From an uncultured Gammaproteobacteria bacterium (GTDB lineage: Bacteria > Patescibacteriota > Microgenomatia > Levybacterales > UBA12049), in contig CAZRWL010000001.1 of assembly GCA_964603935.1 (NCBI GenBank), positions 2,306 through 66,305 on the forward strand: a stretch of DNA of 64,000 nucleotides, in the 5' to 3' direction. The notes under the pieces were generated by a model that made no database searches, had not been told where the DNA came from, and saw nothing but the letters and a program-made list of their open reading frames with translations. A program made the position numbers and the translations under genes. Of this stretch, positions 48,401 to 58,900 are shown in pieces (the stretch's first letter is position 1; every line of letters starts with the position of its first letter).

Positions 48401-51400
48401 GCTGTTTTGAAACGGATTGCCGTTATCGCCCTGAAGCAGATCGGCCTGCGCTCCGCCTTCAATCCAATCATCGCCTTCATTGCCAAACACCGTATCGGCA
48501 GCATCCCCTGCCAAAATAAAATCATTCCCCTCTCCGCCAAAAATCTCTTTGGGATCTCTTCCTCCGACAACAAAGTCATGGCCTGATCCTCCCAGGATAA
48601 GATCAATACCCGAACCCGCATTAATCACATCATTGCCCTCTCCGCCCTTGATATTGTCGTCGCCAAAGATGTCGGTCAAAATATCATCCCCTGTTCCTCC
48701 GATTATAAAATCATTGCCCTCTCCGCCTTCCAGACGGTCGTTTCCGCCATCTCCCCACAGTGTATCGTCTCCTTCGCTTGAGCGCATTTTGTCATTACCT
48801 TCGGTTCCTCCCATAACAATGTGCTCAATACCTGTATAGCGGATAGTGCCGTCAGGCATGATAATTGTGTCTGAGGGAAGCGTTGACGGATCCAGGGGAT
48901 CTATGTCAGCCGCTTCAATATTAAAAGCCGGATGGGAGAAAATGTCATGCGGCGGATGCTTTATTCCGGAAGTATTACGCATCGCAAGTTCCGCAAACGA
49001 GTTTTGCTCAAGCTGAGTAAGAAAATTTAATCCTGCGTTGCGGGACAAATAGTAAAGCCTGTCGCCGTCCTGCAGTTTTTCCATCTGCGTTTCAAAAACA
49101 AAGTTAAAAGTAGAACCCAGAAGTCCGCCGAACGGCATTTGTTTTTCCGCAAGACCGCCTATCCAAAAATCAACATCATTAACACCGGTAATAATCCCCT
49201 TATCCGTGCTTGCCCATGCGCCCGTACTATTTAAGAAATCAAGACGATCCTCCGGCGCTCCCTCACCGCCAAGCACCAATAGTGTTGCTGCTGCGCGTTT
49301 GTCCGCAAGAGTTACGGCGTCCGTAATGGCCGTGTGCGTGCCATACGCGGCAATAAAATTAATTAAAGACTCCGGATGTCTAATGCCAAGTTTAAATTCT
49401 ACCCAGCTGCCATAGGGTTTTAAAGCAGGGTCGCCTGCAGTTGCCAAAAAGAATTGAGCGCGGGCCGAATTAAGAGACGGAATACCCGTATCACGGCCCC
49501 TTGCTAAATTTATCGTGGCAAGGTCCAAGGGTAATCCCAATAGATTATTGCGCAGTGACTCTGTTACAAATTCGTCAATTTCGCTGCCAACCTGTCCAAT
49601 CATACCAGCTGCAATAGCTCCGGCCGCCGCATCCGGAGTTGTTCCGCTTTCTAAAAATTCCAGAGGATTTAAGAAAGCCTGAATCAAACCGATATCATTA
49701 CTTGTGCCATCCGGATTAGTGCGGGCGATTGTATCGGTCAGCATGGTGTGGCCAAAGCGGTAAACCGTATGAGCGAACTCGGCTGCAATTGCAGGATCAA
49801 TATCCGTATGATAACCGCTGAATACATTAACCTGCGGCTGAATTTTGCGCGCGAATTCCTCGAATACCAAATGCTGATATTGCATTTCCGTGCCGAATTT
49901 AGCTGCTTGAAACAAACGCTCGCCATTCCAGGAAAGACCGTTAATTGCCTCTTGAGTTATTGGGAAAACTGCAGGCACGGTACCGGGCATAAGCCATTGA
50001 GTTAAGAATTCCAGATCGCCCGTATCCAAAATTACATTCTTAGTATATTCAACCAGACGATTATGTTCGGAATGAAAAATATGATGAACAGAGGTAAGGC
50101 CGATATTTTCATTAACCCTGCCGTCTCCTGCTATAAAATGAGCGTCTAAAAGTTCGTTATCATAGGTACCAGGTTCGGATAATCCGATAACGCTATCCGA
50201 ATCGGGTTTAAGCGGTACGCCTCTGGTATTTACAGGATTGGCGTCATGAGCAATATCAGCCAGGAAAGGATGTCCGCTTCGTATTGCGCCTGTAGCATCA
50301 ACCGGAGATAAGGGATTCCCTTCTACTAAAATTGGGGAATCTGCGGGGCTTAATCCGGGCATCACCAACTGAGGAAAACCGCTTACGCCTTTTAAGAAAT
50401 TTCCGTATGCGTCAACAGCCAAAAGGGGCAGGTCAAGAACATCAAGATCATCGAGTAAAATACCCAGCATGTTTTTCGCCTGAGCTTTAACCTCTGCCCA
50501 GGTAGCCATTCCTCCTCCAAGATTGCGGCTTTCAATCAGCCGTCCCGTCGCAACCGGAGCATTTACTCCATCGGATACTAAAATGTCAAATGTAAATGCG
50601 CCTGCTATTGTAGGTGTCCAGGAAAAAACTCCGCTTACGGGATCTATAGTTGCGCCTTCCGGAGCGTCATTTCCCAGTGAAAATGTCAAAATGTCGCTAT
50701 CAGCATCCGTGGCGGCAACAGTGAAGGAAACAGGCGTGCCAAGCGTGATAGACAGATTTGGAATTGGCGCGATTACAGGAGGAGTGTTTGCCGGAGAAGG
50801 CAAGGGGGCGGGTTCAGGGATTGGCAAAGGCGTTGGTAAAGGTTCGGGCGCGGGTATTGCATTAACTGTTACAGCAGTTGATCCTGTTACTTCTGCGCTA
50901 ACGGCGGTAATTATCGTTACACCTTCGGAAAGAGCAGTAAATGAACCTGTTGAGGAGTTTATTAATCCCACCGCAATATTAGAACTTGTCCACGTAACTG
51001 CTGCTGCAATCGGATTGCCGAATTGATCAAGAGCAGCTGCGCTAAACGCCTGAACTGCTCCAACATTAATCGCAGGAGCTGCAGGACTAACGTTAATTAC
51101 AGCTAAAACAGGTTGAACTGTAACTGTTGTTGATCCGCTAACTGCTCCGCTAGTGGCGGTAATTGTAGTTATGCCGCCTTTAAGAGGAGTGAATACTCCG
51201 GTTGCGGAATCAATTGTTCCAACCAGAGGATCAGAGCTTGTCCACGATACTGCTGCTGCAATCGGATTGCCGAATTGATCAAGAGTAGCTGCGCTAAATG
51301 CCTGAACTGCTCCCACATTGATTATTGGCAAAACAGGAACTACATTAATTGTGTTTAAGACTGGGGCTTCCGCTGCCACATTGATTGTTCTTATTACCTG

Positions 51401-52933
51401 TGTTGCGGTATTTCCCGCGGCATCAGATACATTGTAAGTAATAGTGAATGTTCCGACTGCCGATGTATTAATAGGCAAGCCTGTGGTTATAATACTAGCT
51501 GTAATATCTCCGTCAACATTGTCTATGGCTGTTGCGCCGGCATCAACATAAACAGTGTTTCGTATGACTTCTACCGGGCTTGTTCCATTAAGTGTAATAA
51601 CCGGAGCAATTGTATCAGCGGGAGGAACAGGCGCCGGAGGCAAGGGAGCAACTATCACATTGACTGTTCTGATAACCGGGATCGCTGCATTTCCTGCCGA
51701 ATCTATAGCAGTATATGTAACTGTGTATTCTCCTATAACTGCCGTATTAACAGTACTGACGGAATTAACTTCAACAGCCGTATCAACATTGTCTGCAGCA
51801 GTTGCGCCCGCGTCAATATAAACAGTGTTTTGTACTATTTCTACAGGATTTTCTCCGTTGAGCGTAATAACCGGAGCAGTTACGTCAGCAGGAGGGGGAG
51901 GAGGTTCAGGAGGCAAAGGGACAGCAATTACATTAACAGTCCTTATAACAGGAGCAGCGCTGTTGCCCGCAGTATCAGCTGCTGTATAGACAACAGTGTA
52001 GGCGCCGATTACGCTTGTATTTACAGAATTTACTACATTAACCGTAACTTCCGGATCAACGTTATCAGCAGCGGTTGCGCCGGCATCAGTATAAGTTTCC
52101 CCAACAAACACGCTGACAGGATTGTCGCCAAGCATAGTAATAATAGGAGCAACGGTGTCGGTGGGCGCGGGCGGTGTAGATGGCGTATCATCAACAGGCG
52201 GAGTCGGTGTGGGAGGAGTAGGTTCAGATGCTGAAACAAAAAGAGAAGATTCTATTCTGGTCTGCGCAGCTGAAGTTTGTCCGTCTTCAAATATTAATAA
52301 TGTTTTCCCGGCATTACAATCCGCGATACAATGATCAAATATTTGCACTACAAGATAAGCATTGTTGAATTCAAATTGGCTCTGCGAGGCAGCAAAACTA
52401 AGCTGTTCATCATTATTGTTCCACCAGTCCGGTCCTTCAATGTCAAATAGGAAAACAGCATCTGTCAAACTCGTATTGCTTGGGCTTGAGTAAACGTTAA
52501 TATGGGGCTTTGAAAATTCTCCTCCTGTATTGTCATCTTTATGGATTACGAATTTCCAGCTGCCTGCTTGAAAACTGCCATTAAGAGGCGTCTCGCTTAT
52601 CCACGAAGCGGAATCAACCGGCGGAGCGTGAGACGGCTCTGTTGATGGAAAAATGTGCTGGTGATTAACTTTTCCAGGATGAAAATGCCGAAAAGAAGGA
52701 GTGTTAGTGCTGTTGATGGATGAGACTTGAGAATTACCCAACGTTGGAGCGGTAGTACTCAAAACATGACTATTGGTAAGCGCAGCTGTTTGATTATGGA
52801 AATAAAATATTTTGCTTTCGCCGCCCGATGGCGCAGGGGGTACAGCTTGAGCAAAAGCCAAAAAACTATTTGAAAAAGTTATAGTTAAGGCTAAGAAAAC
52901 TGATAAAATTTTTGATAAAATAGTTTTATTCAC
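45482..52933 (-). CDS. Giant (2483 aa) surface protein
   Basis: Domain order: signal peptide, 3x DUF5011-type Ig-like repeats, 2x Big_2, a cadherin-like repeat, peroxidase C-terminal half, RTX block, peroxidase N-terminal half, SdrD-B/CnaB-like repeat, a conserved C-terminal module, a Pro/Thr linker and a C-terminal TM anchor. Peroxidase C-half spans about aa 880-1310 (FIAGDGRVNEN..HHIFHSEHNRLV, RGRDTGIPS, DGDRLYY). RTX Ca-binding nonapeptide block spans about aa 1375-1680 (GGEGNDFIIGGTGDD...). Peroxidase N-half spans about aa 1855-2075 (RTIDGSWNN, PRLISN, FGQFFDHGLD, VDQNQTY). Confidence 0.8.
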   Translation of the reverse strand: MNKTILSKILSVFLALTITFSNSFLAFAQAVPPAPSGGESKIFYFHNQTAALTNSHVLSTTAPTLGNSQVSSINSTNTPSFRHFHPGKVNHQHIFPSTEPSHAPPVDSASWISETPLNGSFQAGSWKFVIHKDDNTGGEFSKPHINVYSSPSNTSLTDAVFLFDIEGPDWWNNNDEQLSFAASQSQFEFNNAYLVVQIFDHCIADCNAGKTLLIFEDGQTSAAQTRIESSLFVSASEPTPPTPTPPVDDTPSTPPAPTDTVAPIITMLGDNPVSVFVGETYTDAGATAADNVDPEVTVNVVNSVNTSVIGAYTVVYTAADTAGNSAAPVIRTVNVIAVPLPPEPPPPPADVTAPVITLNGENPVEIVQNTVYIDAGATAADNVDTAVEVNSVSTVNTAVIGEYTVTYTAIDSAGNAAIPVIRTVNVIVAPLPPAPVPPADTIAPVITLNGTSPVEVIRNTVYVDAGATAIDNVDGDITASIITTGLPINTSAVGTFTITYNVSDAAGNTATQVIRTINVAAEAPVLNTINVVPVLPIINVGAVQAFSAATLDQFGNPIAAAVSWTSSDPLVGTIDSATGVFTPLKGGITTITATSGAVSGSTTVTVQPVLAVINVSPAAPAINVGAVQAFSAAALDQFGNPIAAAVTWTSSNIAVGLINSSTGSFTALSEGVTIITAVSAEVTGSTAVTVNAIPAPEPLPTPLPIPEPAPLPSPANTPPVIAPIPNLSITLGTPVSFTVAATDADSDILTFSLGNDAPEGATIDPVSGVFSWTPTIAGAFTFDILVSDGVNAPVATGRLIESRNLGGGMATWAEVKAQAKNMLGILLDDLDVLDLPLLAVDAYGNFLKGVSGFPQLVMPGLSPADSPILVEGNPLSPVDATGAIRSGHPFLADIAHDANPVNTRGVPLKPDSDSVIGLSEPGTYDNELLDAHFIAGDGRVNENIGLTSVHHIFHSEHNRLVEYTKNVILDTGDLEFLTQWLMPGTVPAVFPITQEAINGLSWNGERLFQAAKFGTEMQYQHLVFEEFARKIQPQVNVFSGYHTDIDPAIAAEFAHTVYRFGHTMLTDTIARTNPDGTSNDIGLIQAFLNPLEFLESGTTPDAAAGAIAAGMIGQVGSEIDEFVTESLRNNLLGLPLDLATINLARGRDTGIPSLNSARAQFFLATAGDPALKPYGSWVEFKLGIRHPESLINFIAAYGTHTAITDAVTLADKRAAATLLVLGGEGAPEDRLDFLNSTGAWASTDKGIITGVNDVDFWIGGLAEKQMPFGGLLGSTFNFVFETQMEKLQDGDRLYYLSRNAGLNFLTQLEQNSFAELAMRNTSGIKHPPHDIFSHPAFNIEAADIDPLDPSTLPSDTIIMPDGTIRYTGIEHIVMGGTEGNDKMRSSEGDDTLWGDGGNDRLEGGEGNDFIIGGTGDDILTDIFGDDNIKGGEGNDVINAGSGIDLILGGSGHDFVVGGRDPKEIFGGEGNDFILAGDAADTVFGNEGDDWIEGGAQADLLQGDNGNPFQNSSTIGNDVIIGGGGDDDYDSESGDDIMLSDPGIERNEGMQGFDWVTYKNDPQPANADMFFKGLMLPEVDTLRDRFDSVEGLSGGQFNDILRGDNLGSIELSKIDGNSGQNNSLNNAGQIALIDGLQSLLGDDITSFSGGNIILGGGGNDIIEGRGGNDLIDGDAWLNARLSVRDSNDPGIEILTADSMTELQEAIFEGKINPGQIRIIREILVSGTAENDIDTAVFSGNFADYTISLPDAQGRITVTDNRADNGGKENNGIDTIRNIEKLQFADQTIDLEHGLNKVESPKLKGILAISAGSSFLGGSGLTLIRSDLQFILDQIRIAEAHAAGTPLLNLIPKDTLPWGLRTIDGSWNNIVPGQSSFGAADRIFPRLTTPIFREGEIVSIDLDGPGPLKVGDLTSYAQTNGFVFDSKPRLISNLIVDQTPSNPAAVAAAGELTLPDPFAGTLFIPNVAPDMGLSASFNSWFILFGQFFDHGLDLVNKGKSGTVFVPLMPDDPLFNPLSHSNFMVLTRATNLPGPDGIMGTSDDIREHINQTSPFVDQNQTYTSHPSHQVFLRAYSFGPAKRISPIAAAITVTAPLDVVVPDEDKKGAISGIVFQDANINRVKDVNELALSGWTIFLDANDNSILDTGEFSTVTDAFGNYQFSDLIPGSYNVREILQSNWELSTPRGGNGKHAVTISGGDQIEGLSFGNAVFKSIDGQGKFAPLNGETITSKVISLGTSVVNVTVNGGTSFVTVPDGTEITKIDGSNLDIAALTAIEPTSDSITGVGEGIVVNGKLQWGIPNHGLSFSNPITLNIFVGTALNGQTLSVLRSRTGTDNWTNDGILPPHKCVVADGTCTFQATKASYYIATTQTVAPVVVTAAPTPTPTLSSASSNTTSTVTANGEGNSNTISDLADDNLITQLDQIGQNEKEVLGATQEKETPQGKTQTAKGFPAKNIMLILIVLMITSVLVLNRELFYRKLHKLNF

Positions 52934-52953
52934 TTAATTATTGGATAAAAAAA

Positions 52954-55900
52954 TTACTTAAGCTTTCTATAAGAAAGCCTGTAATAGCTAAGACCCAAAA
53001 CTGTCAGCACCAATAACATTTGTACCGGCCAATTTTTCAGAATGCCCAGAATAAATTTTTCCACATCTTTTGGTGAAGGCAAACTCAAAACTCCAGATTC
53101 CTGTACTTGGGTTCCCTGTTTGTCTTCTTCGGATTGAGTAGTACCCAAAACTGTTTGGTTAAATTCCGAAGTAGATGCTGAACCAGGAACAACAGAGAGT
53201 TCATTGGAGAAATCTCCGGGCATGCAGTTATTAATCGCTTGAATTCTGAAGTAATATGGGGTGCCTGAAGACAAATCGCTTACGGTATAAGATGTGGCAT
53301 TTTTATCTCCGATATTTGTATTGCCGAACTGCATGGAGCCGGAAGAAAGTCCATACACTAACAAGTAGTGAGTTACGGGATCGTTTGCTTTGGCCCAAGT
53401 CAGGGTAACTTCATCGGATGCATTTGTAGTAACTGCGGAAAGCAGAATTGGCAGGCTTGCCGGTTTAGCATCCGAGCAGGCGGATGAAGAACTAACTGAC
53501 GTGAAGGAGGCGTTATTAGATGATTGGGATGATGCAGTAACAACAGGCGCAGAAGTTGGAGTTGCGGCCGGAACTGGCGCAGCATGGGATACGGCATAGA
53601 AAGATGCTTTTGTAGTCTGGAAAGAGCAGATTCCTGATGCGATTACACAGGTGGCAGGAGCCGCAATTCCGTCATTTGTCCATCCTGAAACTCCGGAAAC
53701 CGAACGCTGTATATCTAATGTTTGTCCATCAAGCGAAGTTCCAACGAAAATATTTAAAGTGATTGCGGGATTAAATGACAGACTTATGTTAGGAATACCC
53801 CACTGTAATACTCCATCAACAACCGCATTCTCAAGTCCCAAAATAGAACTTGCGGCAGGAATAGATGAGGCAAGAAGCGACATGTCAAAAGGTGTGCCGT
53901 CAACTCTGGTAATTATCGTACCGTCGGGAATGATTATTGCGCTTGTTCCGCCATTTCCCTCAACCGTAATAGTTGATTCTCCGCGGGATACAACCGAGGT
54001 AGTTCCTCCCGAAGCTCCGCCTGTTGAGACAAATCTGCCCTGATTTCCGATATTGAATATCTGCGCGTTACCAAAGTCGTTGTTGATGGATGCGGAGTTA
54101 TTGGCAATTGCTATAGCATGTTTGCTGCCTGAAGGAGAGGTCTGTTCCCAATTGCTCTGTACGAGTTCCCGTATATCGTACGTTCCGTCCGTAAAATCTG
54201 CGAATTGATACTCGCCATTTGCGTCTGTTATAACCGAAATCTCACCGCTGTCCAAAATTCCGTTGTTGTTGGTATCTGAAAACACTATCCATCCGGAAAT
54301 TCCTGTTTCGCCCATGTCTTTAATTCCATTGGCGTTAAGATCATCGAAAACAGTACCTGTTACGGATTGTCTTAATGAATTGGTAAGCGTGCAGATTATA
54401 TTTTCTCCGGCATCAAGATCAACTGTTGCCATGCGAGCCCCTGCATCAACAGTTGTTCCGTTGTCGGAATCTATGCAGCTGATATTTAGAATCCAATTTG
54501 ACGCGGAATCTTCCCTTAGTTCATACGAACCCTGCGCAATATCTGAAAATACTCTGACATTAGATAATTCATTTAGGCTGTTTCCGTCATCATCCAAAGA
54601 GAATCTTTCATCAAAACTGCCGTTCTCTGTTATTCTTAGTCTGAATCCAAAATCCTGCGCGCCGTTAGGTATTGTGTTTTCGATAATGGTAATCGTACCG
54701 GTTGCAGGAACAGGAATTGCAGTTACGTTAACTGTTCTGGTTACGGGGGTTGCCGCATTACCTGCGCTATCCGATACATTGTAAGTAACTGTAAAAGTGC
54801 CGGGAACAATAGTTGAAATTGGCAGTCCTGTTGTAGCAATAGCCAGAGTCAAGTCTCCGTCAATATTATCCAAAGCTGTAGCGCCGGCATCGGTATAGAC
54901 AGTGCCGATTAAGATGTTAACCGAGTTTGCTCCAAGAAGAGTAATCACAGGAGCTGTAACATCAGCAACAGGAGCTGCCGCAACTACATTCACTGTTCTT
55001 GTTACCGCAGTCGCAGCATTTCCCGCAGCATCAGACACATTGTAGACAACAGTAAATATTCCAACTGCTGATGTGTCAATTGGCAAACCTGTGGTTACAA
55101 TACCGGCTGTAATATCTCCATCAACATTGTCCAAAGCTGTAGCGCCGGCATCGGTATAGACAGTGCCGATTAAGATGTTAACAGAATTTGCGCCTGTGAT
55201 GGTAATGACCGGAGCCACAGTGTCAGCAACCACATTGACTGTTCTGGTTACTTGAGTTGCAGCATTTCCGGCTGCGTCTGAAACATTGTAGGTAACAGTG
55301 TAAGTACCAATTACTGCCGTATTAACAGGATTAACGGTAACAATATTGGCTGTGATATTTCCATCGACATTGTCCAAAGCGGTAGCTCCGGCATCAATGT
55401 AGGGAATACCTGCAACTACATTTACAGAGTTTGCGCCAAGAAGGGTAATAACCGGAGCTGTGGTATCAATGCCGGTTACGTTCACGGTTCTAGTCGCGGT
55501 AGCTGTATTGCCTGATCTATCGGTTGCAGAATACGTCACGGTCTTCGCGCCTACTATAGATGTGTCAACAGGCAGTCCTGTAGTTGTAACCGTTACTATT
55601 CCGTCGAAATCATCGGTTGCGGTTGCGCCGGCATCAACATAAACCGAATTCTGCGCAACTTCAACAGGATTTACGCCATTTAGTGTAATAACAGGTGCTT
55701 GTGTATCCGCCAATCTTCCGCTGACTGCGAAAAGGTCGGTTGTGAAATTCGACAACCCGGGACCTGTAACAGAGAATGAGTTTTGTCCGATAGGGCTTCC
55801 TATTACCGTATGTTCAATGCCCGGATTTCCAACATATCTTCTGCCGGGATTGGCAGCGTTAACTAGTAATGGATCTGTAAGACTGGAGTTTGCGCTAAAT

Positions 55901-58900
55901 GTATCCCATGTTAAGTATGGTCCAACTTGTCCGTTAAGCGCTGTGGAAAAGTTGGGTGTAGCTATTTGATCGCAGGTAACTCCTCCTCCCGCAAAGCATC
56001 CTATGTCATCGGTAACATTAATTACTCCGACCTCATCTGCAACTTCATCCACGTTTCCATATGGATGATGAATGGTATAGGTTTCGCCGGGTACTAACCC
56101 TGTAAGTCTGTATCTTAACCTGTTTTGTACGGATTGTTCTCCGTCAACAGCATCTTCTCCTGCAAACGCCGCCTCAACTGCCAGGACAATAAGCGCTGTT
56201 TGAGTTCCATTGTCTATTGCCGCTTCGGCAGACCACCAGAATCCTTCGGCTCCAAAGCCGATTTGCTCTGAAAAAGGATTTTCAGGATCAACAGGATCGG
56301 AGATACCGAATCCGTCAGTTGCTTCCATTAAATCCAATGCCAGACCATTGGAATCTTTATACCAGATCGGGAAACCTGCTATAAGACCGCCTGCAGGCGC
56401 AACCGGACCGACTTCGACCAGGCCTCCCGGAAGAGTATCTGCTACATTTACTGTTCTAGTCTTGACAGCAGTATTTCCCGCAGCATCGGCTACAGTATAA
56501 GTAACAGTGTTTGCTCCAACAATTGTGGTGTTAATCGGCAAACCGGTTGTGACAATACTGGCCGTAATATCTCCGTCAACATTGTCTATGGCAGTTGCTC
56601 CTGCGTCATTATAAGCTGCTCCAACGAATACGTTAACCGGATCTGCTCCAAGCAAAGTGATTACAGGCGCTGTAATATCTGATGTCACATTAACAGTTCT
56701 GGTTGCAGGTGCCGCAGGGTTTCCCGCGCTATCTGACACATTGTAAGTTACCGTGAATGTTCCGATTGCCGAAGTATCAATTGGAAGTCCTGCGGTTACA
56801 ATACTTCCTGTAATATTTCCGTCAACATCATCCAAAGCTGTTGCCCCTGCATCGATGTAGGGAGTTCCAACAACTACACTTACCGTATTTATTCCAAGCA
56901 GAGTGATTATGGGAGCTGTAGTATCAACTGCGCCGCCGGCTACAACTATATTAACAGTTCTAGTTACAGCAGCTGTATGTCCGGTGCTGTCAGTTACAGT
57001 ATACGTAACTGTTTTTGCTCCCAAAGTTGCAGTATCAACAGGCAGCCCTGTAACAACAATGCTTCCGGTTAAGTTTCCGTCAAGATCGTCAAGCGCTGTT
57101 GCTCCGGCGTCAATGTAAGTTGTGTTTTGAAGAACGTTTACGGAGCTATTTCCGAACAAAGTGATTACGGGCGCTCCTGCATCCGCCAGTCTTCCTGAGA
57201 CTGCAAAGAGTTCTGTTTCTATTGAATCAATTCCTTCTCCTCCGACATTGGGACCTTCAACGCGGAAGATATTATTGTTGGTTGGGCTTCCGGTTACCTC
57301 ATGCTCTATAGCTGGATTTCCAACGTATCTTCTGCTTGGATTTGCAGCATTAGTAAGCTGAGGATCAGTAAGATTAGGATCTGCATTGAAAGTCGTCCAG
57401 GTTAAGAATGGTCCGACCTGGCCGTTAAGTGGTGTAGAAAAGTTAGGAGCAGCTGCTTGATTGCATGTAACTCCTCCTCCCGCAAAGCATCCTATGTCAT
57501 CGGTAACATTGATTACTCCGACCTCATCTGCAACTTCATCTACGCTGCCGAAAGGATGAGTGATGGTGTAAGTTTCGCCCGGCACTAACCCGTCAATTCT
57601 GTATCTGACTCTGTTTTGCACCGATTGTTCTCCGTCAACTGCCTCTTCTCCGGCAAACGCTGCTTCAAGAGCCAGCACCAGTATGGTGCGCGTGCCTATC
57701 GGGCGGTCTATTCCCGCTTCCGCAGACCACCAGAATCCTTCAGCGTTGAAACCTACTGTCTGGGAGAAAGGATTGGCAGGATCAACAGGATCGGAGATAC
57801 CGAATCCGTCAGCCGCTTCCATTAAATCCAATGCCAGACCATTGGAATCTTTATACCAGATCGGGAAACCTGCTATAAGACCGCCTGCAGGCGCAATTGG
57901 ACCGACTTCTACGAGTCTGTCAGTTGGCGCGGGTATTACATTCGCTGTTCCTTTTGTGGGAGCAGTGAAAATTGCCCATTCGGAAACTCCGTCTGTTTTT
58001 CTGCCGACTGACTCGCCAACTAAAGGATAATGGTCAATGGCAAAACCCGGAGAAGTCAGAGATACGGTAACAGTATCTACAGTTGATCCCAATTCATTGG
58101 ACAAGCTGATTGTCTCGGGAGCAACATTGCTTAACCAGCCTGCCGGCGCTTCAAAAACAACTCTTCCTGCAGCCGCAACAGTCCCCAACGCAGACAAATT
58201 TTGCGGATTATTAGCGGAATTATTGATCATCCAGCCTGTTCCATTGGCTAAATCTACAGGAGAAGTGCTGTTGTTAAAAAGCTCAACCCATTCTGCTCCT
58301 GACGCAGGATTTGGCATAATTTCATTAATCAAAACTCTTTGAATAGTATCCGGAGCGGGCGCTGTAACTACGAAAACTGTAAAGTGGTTCAAACCTTTAA
58401 TAGTAATAGTGTCCGGAGATTTTTCTTCTTTTGGCTCTTCAACTTTTTGCGCGCTATTTAATTGATCAATATTTTCCGCTGATTTTATTTCGACATTTTC
58501 GGACTGTACATTTTCCGGCAGAGGCAAAGTCAAATCATATGCGAAAGTCCCATCCGTCATTGTTGAGGTAATATCATAAGCAGTATCGGACAAAGCTTTG
58601 GTTTGCTCTTTCTGTTCTTGAGTTAATTTAATTTCTTTAATTGTTAATTTGCCTGAGGAATCCGGCAATTTTGTAAACGCGATTTTTACCTTATCGTTTT
58701 GAGGAGCAGCATACTCTTTGTTTAATTCAACATTTTCCGTTGTTCCCCAACTATTAGCGTCCAAAACACTCCACAATGGGTTTGCCGAAGACTCGGCGGT
58801 TTGAGAAGGAGTCAAATCGATAGCTGCATCCGGGGAAACATTTTCGGATGGAATTTCTTCTGTTTCTGTTCCAAGAATTTCTTGAGGAGTCGCTGTTGGT

